A DNA stretch of 63,233 bases, filler included, from Reclinomonas americana ATCC 50394 (lineage: Eukaryota), in the NCBI GenBank assembly GCA_048213135.1. It is 6 parts of 2 records of this genome, joined end to end, with 100 filler letters (N's around TTAATTAATTAA, not from the genome) between each part and the next. Parts side by side here need not be neighbours in the genome. Positions count along the whole stretch, not along the records: positions 26,619 to 32,085 come from PS015125.1; positions 32,186 to 38,866 come from PS015125.1; positions 38,967 to 61,919 come from PS015125.1; 3 more parts are not named here. One strand, written 5' to 3'. Under the pieces are notes generated by a model that did not search any database, was not told the DNA's origin, and saw only the letters and a list, made by a program, of their open reading frames with translations. A program made the translations under genes and the position numbers. This document shows positions 31,139-46,000 of this stretch, piece by piece; within the stretch, counting starts at the first letter, position 1; each line of letters starts with the position of its first letter.

Positions 31139-31582
31139 TTATGCCGAGTGGCCAATCTTGGAGGCATACTCCTCGTGACGTTCGTCACGGCGGGCACGCG
31201 CCTCGGCATCGGCCAGCAGCTCGTCGGGTGACTTGGCCGCCTCGCTGGCATGCTGGCCAGCGAGAGAGACGTAGGCACGGGAAGTGGCCGCCATGTTCTT
31301 CTTCTCCTCGGCGGAGAGGTCGCGCACGTACCTCGCGGGCGCACCAGCCCACAGCTGCGTAGGTAGAGATATGTGCGCATGAGTGAATGGGATAAGAAAA
31401 AAAAGGGGGGAGACAGGGAGGAGACGAAACCTGGCCGGCGGGGATTTGCTGATTCATCTTGACGAGCGAGCCGGGGCTGACCATCGCCTCCTCACCAATC
31501 ACGGCGCCGTCGAGAATAATGGCGCCGAGACCGACAAAGGCCTTGTCCTTGATTGTGCAGGCGTGCAGGATTGCACCGGATT
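31139..31582 (-). CDS. Gamma carbonic anhydrase family (complex I-associated type), last two exons
   Basis: Hexapeptide repeats GAILHACTIKDKAFVGLGAIILDGAVIGEEAMVSPGSLV...IPAGQ|LWAGAPARYVRDLSAEE; intron 31355-31430. Confidence 0.9.
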
Positions 31583-32186
31583 CTGCGGAGGGGCGCAAGG
31601 GGGAAGGGGGAAAGGGGGAATGAGAGTTGAACGCAAAGCCGCACGAAGAAGGGGAAGTGAAGAGCAGAGAGGAGGAATCGCTTTGACAAACACAATCGAA
31701 GAGGTGACAGGCAACACGAGGTGAGGGTGAAGAGAGAATGCCATTGAGGAGGAAAGACAAGCAATGAGAACGAGACAGATAACGACAACGCACATGGAAC
31801 GACAGGAACGCACACGCGGGTGCACAGCGGTACACAAAAGGGTAAGAGAAGAGCAGAGACGAAAGACCGTTTCGTCAATTGGTGACAGGAAGACGCGCCC
31901 AGACGCGAGCACATGACAGGAAATAAGAATAAGCGAGAACGAGACAGACGACAGATGCAATCACGAGGCACACGCGAAGCGAAAAACTCACACAGCACCA
32001 GCACACGCCAGAGAAGAGAGATTTAGGAGGACGTGCCGTGTTTGACGCAGTCAGAGAAGAGAGAGAGAGAGATAGAGAGAGATCCNNNNNNNNNNNNNNN
32101 NNNNNNNNNNNNNNNNNNNNNNNNNNNNNTTAATTAATTAANNNNNNNNNNNNNNNNNNNNNNNNNNNNNNNNNNNNNNNNNNNNT

Positions 32187-32936
32187 GTGGTGACCCCGTC
32201 TCCTATCGTGTCTCCACCACCCGCCGCCCCTGCCCCCGCTCCCGCCCCGGCCGCCCGTTTGGCTCCACCGCCACCACCACCGCATCTCACCACCGCACCG
32301 CCAACACACGCAGCCGCGGCACTACCGCATCCCCATGCTCACCATCAGCTGCCTGCGCCACTGCCAACGTCATCATCATCATCGTCGTCGGAGTCGGCTC
32401 CCATTGTGGTGGAGCCTCCGACACCCATCATTGACGAAATGGCGACGACATTCAGCAGACCGCAACCCAAGAAACCCGCACCTCCACCGGAGGTGGCGGA
32501 CGAACCCGTGCCTGTGCCACTGTACAAGCCGAGTGGCGCCTCAAGGCAAACCACCCCGGCACCGACACCCCCGCGTCAGGCCTCGCCCGCACTGCGGGAT
32601 CCCGACGCCGCCTCCACGCCGCCGAGGCAGCCGTCGCCGGCAGCACACCGGCCATCACAACCGGCACCGGCTGTGGCGCACCACGTGGCGTTGGCCATGG
32701 CCGACGAGCTGTTCGGACCGTCACCACCACCAGCTGCATCGTCGCCACCCGCCGTCGCCGTCGCCGTGGCCGCACCACCCGCGCCCGCCGCCGCCATTGA
32801 CCCGAACGCGATTGATCTGTGGCTCAGCAATCTGCCACCACCCAAAGCCACCGCGCCTGTGGCCGTGGCTGTGGCAGCACCCAAACCCACCGCCAAGAGC
32901 AGCAGTGACGACTTTTTCGCCGACTGGGACAAGTGA
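32187..32936 (+). CDS. Pro/Ala-rich C-terminal fragment ending SSDDFFADWDK; possibly a membrane-trafficking accessory protein
   Basis: Open frame from the spacer to TGA, with acidic-aromatic motifs (DELFG, DLWL, DDFFADW). The 5' part is missing. Confidence 0.55.
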   Translation: MVTPSPIVSPPPAAPAPAPAPAARLAPPPPPPHLTTAPPTHAAAALPHPHAHHQLPAPLPTSSSSSSSESAPIVVEPPTPIIDEMATTFSRPQPKKPAPPPEVADEPVPVPLYKPSGASRQTTPAPTPPRQASPALRDPDAASTPPRQPSPAAHRPSQPAPAVAHHVALAMADELFGPSPPPAASSPPAVAVAVAAPPAPAAAIDPNAIDLWLSNLPPPKATAPVAVAVAAPKPTAKSSSDDFFADWDK

Positions 32937-33073
32937 CGACCGACAAATGACGGCAAAAGAGAAAGGCAAGGTGTCGCGCGAGAGAACAATGTAACAATTG
33001 AGGGAAAATGATTGCTCCACGGCGCGTACGAATTCTCGCTGTATTGCACACGTTCGCCATCCAACACGACCTA

Positions 33074-34756
33074 TTACCGTCCCTGTCGTCGCTTTGACTT
33101 GCCTGGTCGCGACTTGCCGCCACCGCGCGGACCCTTGCTGTCACCACCAAACTTGCCACCACCGCTCTTGCCACCAAACTTGCCACCGCCCTTGCCGCCG
33201 CCCTTGCCACCACCCTTGCCGCCACCCTGAAAAAGAGAAGCGTGTGAGCACACCACGCACAGAGACATACACAGAGGGCGCGCAAGATGAACCTTGATGG
33301 AATTGACACGCGGGTTATATGTGCTGCGCACATCGTCAGTCGAGTCCCTCGTGTTCCTCTTCATGCCGTGCTTCTTGCCGCCGAATCCATATCTCTCGTC
33401 CTGCAGCAGCAGAATCATCAGTGAGTGAAGGGGGGTGGATCAACCTCCACCGTTTCGATGTCACACCTTGGCTTCCCGTCGCCTGTTCGGCTTGCCGGTA
33501 TTCGGTCGCTTCCTTGCCGGACTGCACATTTGTATGAGCAACCACTGCGTGCCGCTCTCCCTCCTCCCTCCACATCGCCACATTACCTCTCTCCGGCGCT
33601 TCCACGACTCTCACTCCGTCCGCGCTTGTTGCCCGCCGCCGTGCCTTCTCGTTCGCGACCCCTCTGCTGCTGCTGCGGCCGTCCCCTGCCCGTGTTCTCG
33701 TCCAACTCCACAGCATCGTCGAGAATGTTGTTGCCGCCAGTGAGCACACGCTTGCGCAGCTGCGACGCCGAGGCCACAGCCGCGCGCTTCGATGCGCTCT
33801 TCTCCAGCTGCTTGGCCGCCTGCACCTGCTTGCCGTACTTGCGCGCATCGCGACGACGCCGCCGCTCCTCCTTGCCCTCAATGTCGGCCTTGTCGGCCAG
33901 CAGCTTGCGCTGAATCTTGTGCATCTGCGCGTCCGTCTTGACCATCTCCGCGAAAAAGTCGTCGGGACGGCGATACTTGTACGACAGCTCGGCAAACTTG
34001 CGAATGGCAATCATCGCCGACTGCTCTGCTTGCGTGTAACTGGAGGCGAGAGAATGCACACGTGTCAGAGGTGAGAGGGAGAGCGTGCAGGGTGTGGGGT
34101 CCAGTGAGGCGACGCAACAAGGCGGTTTCGCGTTGCAGATCGTCGTCGGCATAGGGCACCTGCAGAGGCTCCGACGACTGCATGACAAGTGTCTCCACCC
34201 ACGACGCCGGCTTGTCATCAATCATCGGACGCAGGTCCTCGGCGAATCGTTGCAAGGCGATCTGCTCATGCACAAAAGTTGAGTGCGTGGGGCTCTCGTG
34301 CAGGTGGTGATGTGCATGTGCACATGTACATCACCACCAACACACACACACGCTCACGCAACGACATCGTTCTTCCATTCGGTCTTGACATGCGGTGCAT
34401 TCGGCTTGTCGTCCTCGTCTTCCTCGTCAGCAGCATCAATGTTCTTCTTCTTTTGCTTCTCGGCGAGCTTCACACGACGGTATGCCTCCAGTTCCGCCTC
34501 CAGCTCGTCAATCTCTTCCTGCGCACACATGTGTCGGCAACACTCGCGCGCGCCAAAGTGTGCACTGCTCTGCTCTCACCTCATCGACTCCGAAAGTCGC
34601 ATCATCCTCGTGTGCCTCATCGGCCTCGTCAGCAGTCGTGTCTTCCACAAGCTCCTCGTCCTCCTCCTCCTCTTCCTCGTCGGGAATCTCCTCCTTCTTG
34701 CTCTTCTTCTTGCTCGCCACCACCGCCTTGGCCGCAGACTTGCGCTTACTTGACAT
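33074..34756 (-). CDS. EBP2: rRNA-processing protein EBP2
   Basis: Motifs DDDLQRETAFYTQA, RRPDDFFAEMVKTDAQMHKI, RKYGKQVQ, KDERYGFGGKK and RPGKSKR. Introns 34519-34579, 34262-34362, 34040-34118, 33522-33586, 33401-33466 and 33227-33292. Confidence 0.95.
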
Positions 34757-34810
34757 GGTTTGTGAATGGATCTGTGAATGCTTGAAGAGAGGACAGCAAA
34801 CAGGACGACT

Positions 34811-36062
34811 TCATTCCTCTCCCCGAAGTCTGTAAACTCGTATCCGCGACTCGGGCAGGGTGAGCACCAACTCGGGCCGCCCATCGCCATCCACATCGCC
34901 GACGGCCACATCCGTGGGCCACTCCGGCAACGCCACTGTCAGCACTTCGCGGCCATTGACCAGCAACTTGACAATGCTGCCGGTGGTGCCGACGAGCAGC
35001 GCGTCCGTGTCGGAAGACGACGACAAGCGAACGCGACGCAAGGCGTGCACTGCGTAGCCAACATCGGCGACCTCGCGCACCGTGTAGCCCGTGTCGTTGA
35101 AGGGCGTCAGCTGCAACTCGCTGATTTTGCCGTCGTGCGCCCCGAGAAGCACCTGGCGCGGTGAGCGACCCGTGCGCAGTGTGGCTTCCGCGGGTGGCGC
35201 GAGGAATCGACCCTGCGCCATGGCTGTCACAGCCAGCGGCAGCGTGAGCACCACGTGTCCGTCGGCGACCAGTGACAGCGTTCCGCCACTGCTCGCCACC
35301 AACAAGTAGTGCATTACATCCTCCACCGACGACGCTGACGACGACGACGAAGGATCCATGTCGTCGGCATCAAACGTGGCCGAGAGCAGGCTCACCACCG
35401 CACCAGCCGACTCTGGTAATCGTAGTCTCCACAGCTCAGCGTGCGTCACAAACGCCGCCACGTTGCCGCTGGCATCGCCGCAGACAATCGACGTTTCGCC
35501 ACCTGGCGCGCGTAAGTAAGCGCACATGCACAGTGAAACAAGCGAGCACGCCACACTCACAGGCATCCGTGTGCGCCTCCATGGCCGTGACACTCGACGA
35601 CATGCGATGCCGATCCACCATTTGCCGCCTCGTGAACATGATCACTCGCCCATCGTGACCGCCACACACGCACTCGCCCACCTCACTCGCACTCGTCGAC
35701 GTCAGCAGGCCGGTGACGTTCTGCACCAGCAGCGCAGTCACGCAGCCGCCTTTCGAGTCGTGAAGTTGGTCCTCCACCTGACATGCGAGTGAGCGAGTGT
35801 GTGAGGGAGCAGAGGGGGAGAGGAGAGTGCGCACCTCGCGCAGGTGCCACTGTGCATCATCACCACGCGCGAGCCGGAAGCATCGCAGACGCCCATCACG
35901 TCCACCCGCGACAATGCATCCTCCTGTGCGCGCGCATGCGTGAGAATATGTGCGCGAGTAATGCACTCCTCCTTGTGCACTCTCACCCTCACTGACTCGC
36001 ACACACGAGATGCCTGCGCCTGTGCTGCAGTCCAACTCCGCCACGAGCTCCTCACAAAACAT
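34811..36062 (-). CDS. WD40/FG-GAP-like beta-propeller protein
   Basis: Blade motifs IVAGGRDG, VCGGHDG, IVCGDASG and LLGAHDG, plus a terminal VAVGDVDGDGRPELVL; several short GT-AG introns. Confidence 0.75.
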
Positions 36063-36163
36063 TAATTTGCACGCCAAAGACAATCACAGCGCACTGTCCA
36101 TGCGCGAGCCACCCGCCACTCGGAACGACCAATTGAACCTTGTGTGTGTGTGAGAGAGCGAAG

Positions 36164-39873
<3,710 letters not shown>

Positions 39874-40069
39874 CTTTTCTCACACGACGCCCAACAAATG
39901 CGTAACGTTCGAATTTGTTGACTCGCGCGCCACAATCGATCAACTCTCTCACTGATCGCACACACCGAGTCGCCTGCGTTGTGGGTGTTTACAGAAATCC
40001 TCTCACTTGTACACACACACACGAGAGAGCGGGCGAGAGAGCGACAGAGTGTTTCTCTCTGAGTGACGA

Positions 40070-43000
40070 ATGGCCACTCTCAACTCGCTCAACCAGGAGC
40101 TCGACGCACAGCTGCTCATTGGAGGGCAAAGGGTGTGCGCGCGTGTTGCCCCTCCCCCCCCTTCCACACCACGCACATTCTCTCTCTCTCACACACATAC
40201 ACACAGCACGTGTCACAACCGCGGTTTCAGCCTTATCCCGCCTCAGGCGACAGGTCAATCAAAACACACACACACACTCATTATCGCGCACACACAACTC
40301 ATCTCTTTGTGGGACGCAGTGGAGGGCGATCTGTGACAGGCAAGAAGCAGCGACGATCATCGGTGAGTGTTCACACACGCACAGAGGACATACATTGATT
40401 GAGGGGAGTTGTCAATCTCATTATTATCAGAGCTCCACTGGCGAGACCAAGCCCACTGGCGTTCGTCGTTCCTGTGCGTCCCACGTGTCCTCTCGCTGTC
40501 TATGTGCGTGTGTTGTGTGAAAGTGACACGAGAGTGTGTGCGTGTCGCAGCGTCGGCAGGCAGCAGTGGATTGGCACGAAAACCATCGGTGAGTTTGAGT
40601 GCTCCACAGCAGTGAGCAGAACTGAGTCGCTCACTCAAGACGAGAGCAGTCGAGTGCGGTGCCTGGTGGTAAGCCAGCAGCAGCAGCAGCAGCAGCAGCG
40701 GCCAAGGGCAAATCGCAACAAAAGCCGACGGCGACGCAGCAACCGCAGTCGCATGTGATCTCGCATGTGCCGCTGTCGGGCCCGCAACCGACGTCGTCGT
40801 CGGTGTTTGTCAGTCGTCAGCACACGTCGTTGGCACGCAAGCCGTTGCGTTTCATCATCATCATCAGCATCATCATCAGCGGCAGCAGAAGCTCACCTCG
40901 TTGCGTTTTTGTAGAACGAGTCGCATGGCGTCGACCAGGCAGTCGGCGATGCGGGAGCCGGTGATTGTGGACGGGCATCGCATCAGTCGGCTGCCGGGCG
41001 TGATTCCGGGTGCCATGGCCACGTCGGTGGGCACCTCACGGTCGCACGGTCATATTCATCAGCACAATCACCGGCCAGTCGCCAACGGGAATGGTGGCGG
41101 AGGCGTCGGCAGCTTCAATATTAGTGCCAGTGACGGCGCCGTGCCGTACCGACCGCGATCTGCTCCAGGTGGACAGCGACGAGTCTCTGGTGGCCCACGT
41201 GATCCAAGTTGCGTCCTCTTCCCTCTCTCACTCTCATTTTGTGCGCTCTCTCCCGTTCTCACCACTCGTGAATGATCTGCAGGTCCGGTGAATCCACGAC
41301 CCTCCACCGCCACTGTCTCACCGTCGAAACTGCCGAGGCGGCCTGTGGTGGTACCGAAAGCTCCCCGTGCGGTGTGGGTCGACGAAGACACTCGGTTCGC
41401 TCATCCAGCAGCCTACATCTCCCGCCCTTATTCGTCACTCACTCTCGTCCTCGCCCCTGTTAGTCACGATCGGGCGCTGACGGCGGCTGAACTGCGAGCT
41501 CCTGCCGCGCCTGCCACCAATGGCGGTCATGCGCGTTATCACGAACCATTTGCCTTTATCGACGACGTGCCCGACATGGACATGGACGGCGACGACCAGC
41601 AGCACAGATTTGTCGATGGAGGAATGATGGCCGACTATCTGGCTGCGTCGGAGGCCATTCGCGCCGCACCATCCATGCCGTCGGCCGTCGCCGCCGCCTA
41701 CACCAACGGCACCAACGGCTACCACGGCGGCGCCTACAATCCTCCTCAGCACCAGCACTATGAGCACGATCATCACCAGCGGGCACCATACGAAGACGAC
41801 ATGATGGGCACCGACCACGGTGGCATGCATGCCAACGGCAAGCACTTTGTGGTGGACGAGTATCACGGCGATGGCGGTGGTCGTGCGCACGATGCTGGCG
41901 GCATCGACTACGACTCTGGTGGCACGAGTGGCGTGTCGAGTACGAACGGGATGCACAGTGGCGCCGGAGGACGGTCGCATGAGCGCTCCGTCGACCGCCT
42001 GACGATGTTGAAGGAGGCCACTCGTCGACTGACAGAGCGACTGGCCGGCATTGGGCAGACGAGGAGAGCAGCGCCGCCGGCGACGGTGCCCGAGTCGATT
42101 GCGGCCAGCGCACTTCCACAGCCGGCTCCCAATTCGTCGCTGTCGGCCAGTTTGCGCTCCTTCCACTCGGACGAGACCACCACTCGCGGAGGCCAGCTGC
42201 TGTTCTTTCAACAATCCGGTCGCTTGGATCAGTCGGGTGGTGGCACGGCACCGCCGTCATTCTATTTTCGCGGTGGCGCCGATTCATTTCCGGCTCCGCC
42301 ACCACCCGCGGATCCACTGCCGATGCCCAAGGCTGCGGCGAACGGCGCCGTCAAGAGCGCGGCAGCCACCGATGCGCGACGACAGCACGCTGTGCCAGCC
42401 GACCAGCAGATGCAAGTCAGCGACATTATGGATGCCGACGAGGTGTACGAGGACCAGGATCGCCACGTCAGTGCGCCTACAATGGTCTCCGGTCCGCGGT
42501 CGTCTGCTTTCACGGCTCCAATGGCGGTGAGTGACACACATGTGAGCACACATGCGCCTCGTCATTCTTTTCATATTATTCACCTGGCCTCTTCGTTTGT
42601 GCACCAGTCGCCATCGCTGTTGCCGCTGCCCATGTCGCGTCTGGACGGAGTAACACCACCCGAAATGCCGGCACTCTTCATGCGGTACAATGGGCGTGCC
42701 GGCGCGGCCGCTGCTCGCGAGCGAGGCACCGACGCCAACGAGTTGCGGCAGCTGCTGGGGGCGGCGGAGTTTGAGCGCGACGAAAAGGTGCAGGCGGAGC
42801 GCGATGAGTTGCGCTTTGCCGCTGTTCTTTCCCACAAGAATCGCAACCAGCAAGCTGCGCCATCGAGGCTGGCCGTGGAGCACGCTGCCGTGGAGAGTGA
42901 TGCAGGGGACGCACACGCGGCGGCCATGTTGGTGTCGCATGCGGGTGCGCGATCACCGACATCGATGCGTCAGTTGTTGTTCTCGGACAATGATGAGGCG

Positions 43001-46000
43001 GAGACGGCGGCCACCGCCGCTGCCGCCATGGTGGTGATGTCGAGCGACGGCGATCATTTGTCTGCGTCTGGTGGATCACCGACACGTGTGACGGCGCGTG
43101 TTCCGCTGGTCGCTCTGTCGAATGATGCGCAGGCGCGCAGTGCCGCATCGGCAGCATCGTCGTCCACTGGCATTCCCGGATCTGCTTTTTCGAGTGTGCG
43201 CCACGCGCCGGAGAGCAGAACACACGACGTGCACGCCATCGGCAGCAACGGCATGCCAGCCGACTCCGTGGGTCCGTCGGCCTCACAGCAGCGACTGGCA
43301 CCAGAGCAACTGCAACGCAAGTTGAGATTGCTCCTATTGTGTCGCTGCAGCGGTGAAGAGGACTAACACAAATGTTGCTTGCAGTCTGTTCGCCCACATG
43401 CAGTTGCTCGAGTCGTTTACTGACGCCGAGGTGCAACTCGCGCACTTGGAGCGCATGCGATCGGTTGCATTTGCGCAGTCGGAGACCGCCATGTTTCGTG
43501 TCCTTGTTTTTCTTGATACATGTTGCGCGTCCATTCTCCTGACATGACCCCTTGCGCAGGACGGCCAATGCATACTTGTACCAGGAGATGGAGCATGAGC
43601 GACTGCTCGATGCCCAGCGTGTTGCGTACGACCGGTGTCTTCGACAATTTCTTGCCATAATTCTTACGCTTCCAGTACAGAACGCCGACGCGCACTCGAG
43701 GCACGTGGCCGAGCTGCAAGCCGACCACGAGCGGCAGTTGCAACACATGGCAGCCCGCGATTCAGCTGCTCAAACCGACGCACCACCACCACCACCCCCG
43801 CCTCCACCGCCCCCACCACCACCGGCGACTTCCAACCGATCCACCTCGCCGGTCGCCGCTGTGCTCGACACTGCGTCAGTGCCTGTCAATAGGCTGTTGG
43901 AGCAGGTGCGACGGCTGTGCTTGCTGATTTCTCCCACGTGTTGCTCACCACGCCCTTTCCCGACAGGCGCCTGCGAAACTTGGCGATCACTTGCTGCAAA
44001 TGGAGATCGATCGCGAGGCCTCCGTTCTCCAGATGCTCGATCACAGGGAGCGCACTCTCGGCACCATTGTACAGGCCGAGATTCAGCACCTGGACGCCTC
44101 TCTGGCGAAGCTGCCGGCCGCCTCTCCTGCAGCACAAGCTCTGACTGCGCGTCGTCAAACTCTGTTGCACCAACTGGCGCGCGAGCGAGCCGAGATTCAG
44201 CAAGTGCGCGACGACTGCCGCACCGAGTCTCTCCGTCAGCGAATCCTCATCGAGCGACAATTGGCGCAAATCGAGGCGGTGAGTTGCAGGTCGCTGTTTG
44301 CCTCCTCCCTCTCGATCTCATTCAATCGCTCCTGTCGCAGATGAACCACTCGGACGAGTTCCTGGCGTCGCTGGAGAACGCCGACGGGGGTGCTGTGGAG
44401 CCAGTATCGTTTGCGCTCAGCAAGCGATCCGTCACTCCGCCGCTTCCTGCAGCGGGAGGCAGCAGTCTTGGACCGCGGTCTCTCACGATTCTGCAACTGG
44501 AAGCACAGCTGCGGCATCGAGATGAGCAGATTGCACAGTTGTTGGCCGAACGGGAGGAGCGCGCGCTCGACAAGGCGCGCAAGAAGGAGCTGAAGGCGCA
44601 AAAGAAGGACAAGGGAGACAAATCGCCGAAGGACAAGAAGAAGGACAAGGATGGGAAGAAGGAGAAGAAGGACAAGGATGCCAAGTCACCGAAAGACAAG
44701 AAGGACAAGGAGAAGAAAGACAAGAAGAAAGATGCCGACGAGCATGGAGTTGCGTTGCTTTCGTGCTGTGTGCAACAGTCACATCGGTTGTTGCTAACCC
44801 TGGCGCAGGAGGTTGAATCGGACCTCTCATCATCATCACCAGCGGCCTCGCATGTCGACAGTCCGCAGCAGCTGGCGGTCGCGACAAGGTCGCCTGTACT
44901 GGCGCGCGGCAAGTCGCCCTCACCTCCGCCACCTCAAGTATCAACAGCGCCGTCTCAGACGTTGAGGTCACTGGCCACATCGCCGTCTGCGGTTGCGCCA
45001 CCGAAACATTCGCCGTCCCACACCAAGAAGCAAGACTCCATCGGCGGCGGCGGCGGCGGTCTTGTTGCCGGTCGGCCGTCGGCAGTGGGCCCCGCACACA
45101 CGGCTGGTGCGACACATCAAGGTGCGCATCCGAGCTCAGGCGAGGATGACGTGTCGGAGGAAGACTTTTTGGCCAGCAACAACGAGGGCGACGAAGAGGA
45201 GATGGTGTCGGAAGATGTTGGATTTGAGGAGGACGACGACGATGATGACGATGACGATGGTGGTCGCGGCTCAGGACATCTCGACCTCATGATTCGCGGC
45301 ACTGCGATCTTGCCGCCCAAGACGACGACGACGACGGCGCCTGCCACCGCCGCTCCCGCCGCAACACGCAAGGTCGACCCTTTGCCAGCAGCAGCAGCAG
45401 CGCGGGCGACGAGTGGTGGCGCCAAGTCGGGAGGCGGCCAGCCGCAAGCTTCACTGCGTCCCGCTGCAGCATCACCACTGCAACGTGGCGGTCCGGCCTC
45501 CGTGGTCAGCAATCTGCGTTCGAAAATGGCCAGTGACGACGATGAGAGCGAGGGCGAGGTCTCGGAGGAGGAGATCGAAGTGGGCGACGACGCCGACGAG
45601 TCGGGCTCGGTGGTGGAATCGAGCGGCATTGAGTCGGATGTCGATCACCTTGCGCCGACCGCACCGGCAGGTCGTGGCAAGCTGGCCGCTGGCTCGTTGA
45701 CTGCCAATCAACGAATCGCTGCAGCAGTGGCAAGCCCTGCCTCGTCGGCTGAGATTCGCACCAGCGTAGAGTATTCGGAGCAGCCGAGTGATGGTGCCGG
45801 TCATCTGTCGAGCGCCGTGGAGGATGACTTTGAAGGGGAAGAAGACGAGGATTATGACGATGGCGAGGTCGACCAACATCGTCGCCCACTGCAGCACGGC
45901 ACGGCCGCCAAGGGTGTTGCGTTGCAGCATGGTCGCCATCGACATAGCGACACGGATGAGATTGAGGAGAGCAGTGGGTTTGAGGTCGACGACGAGGCCA

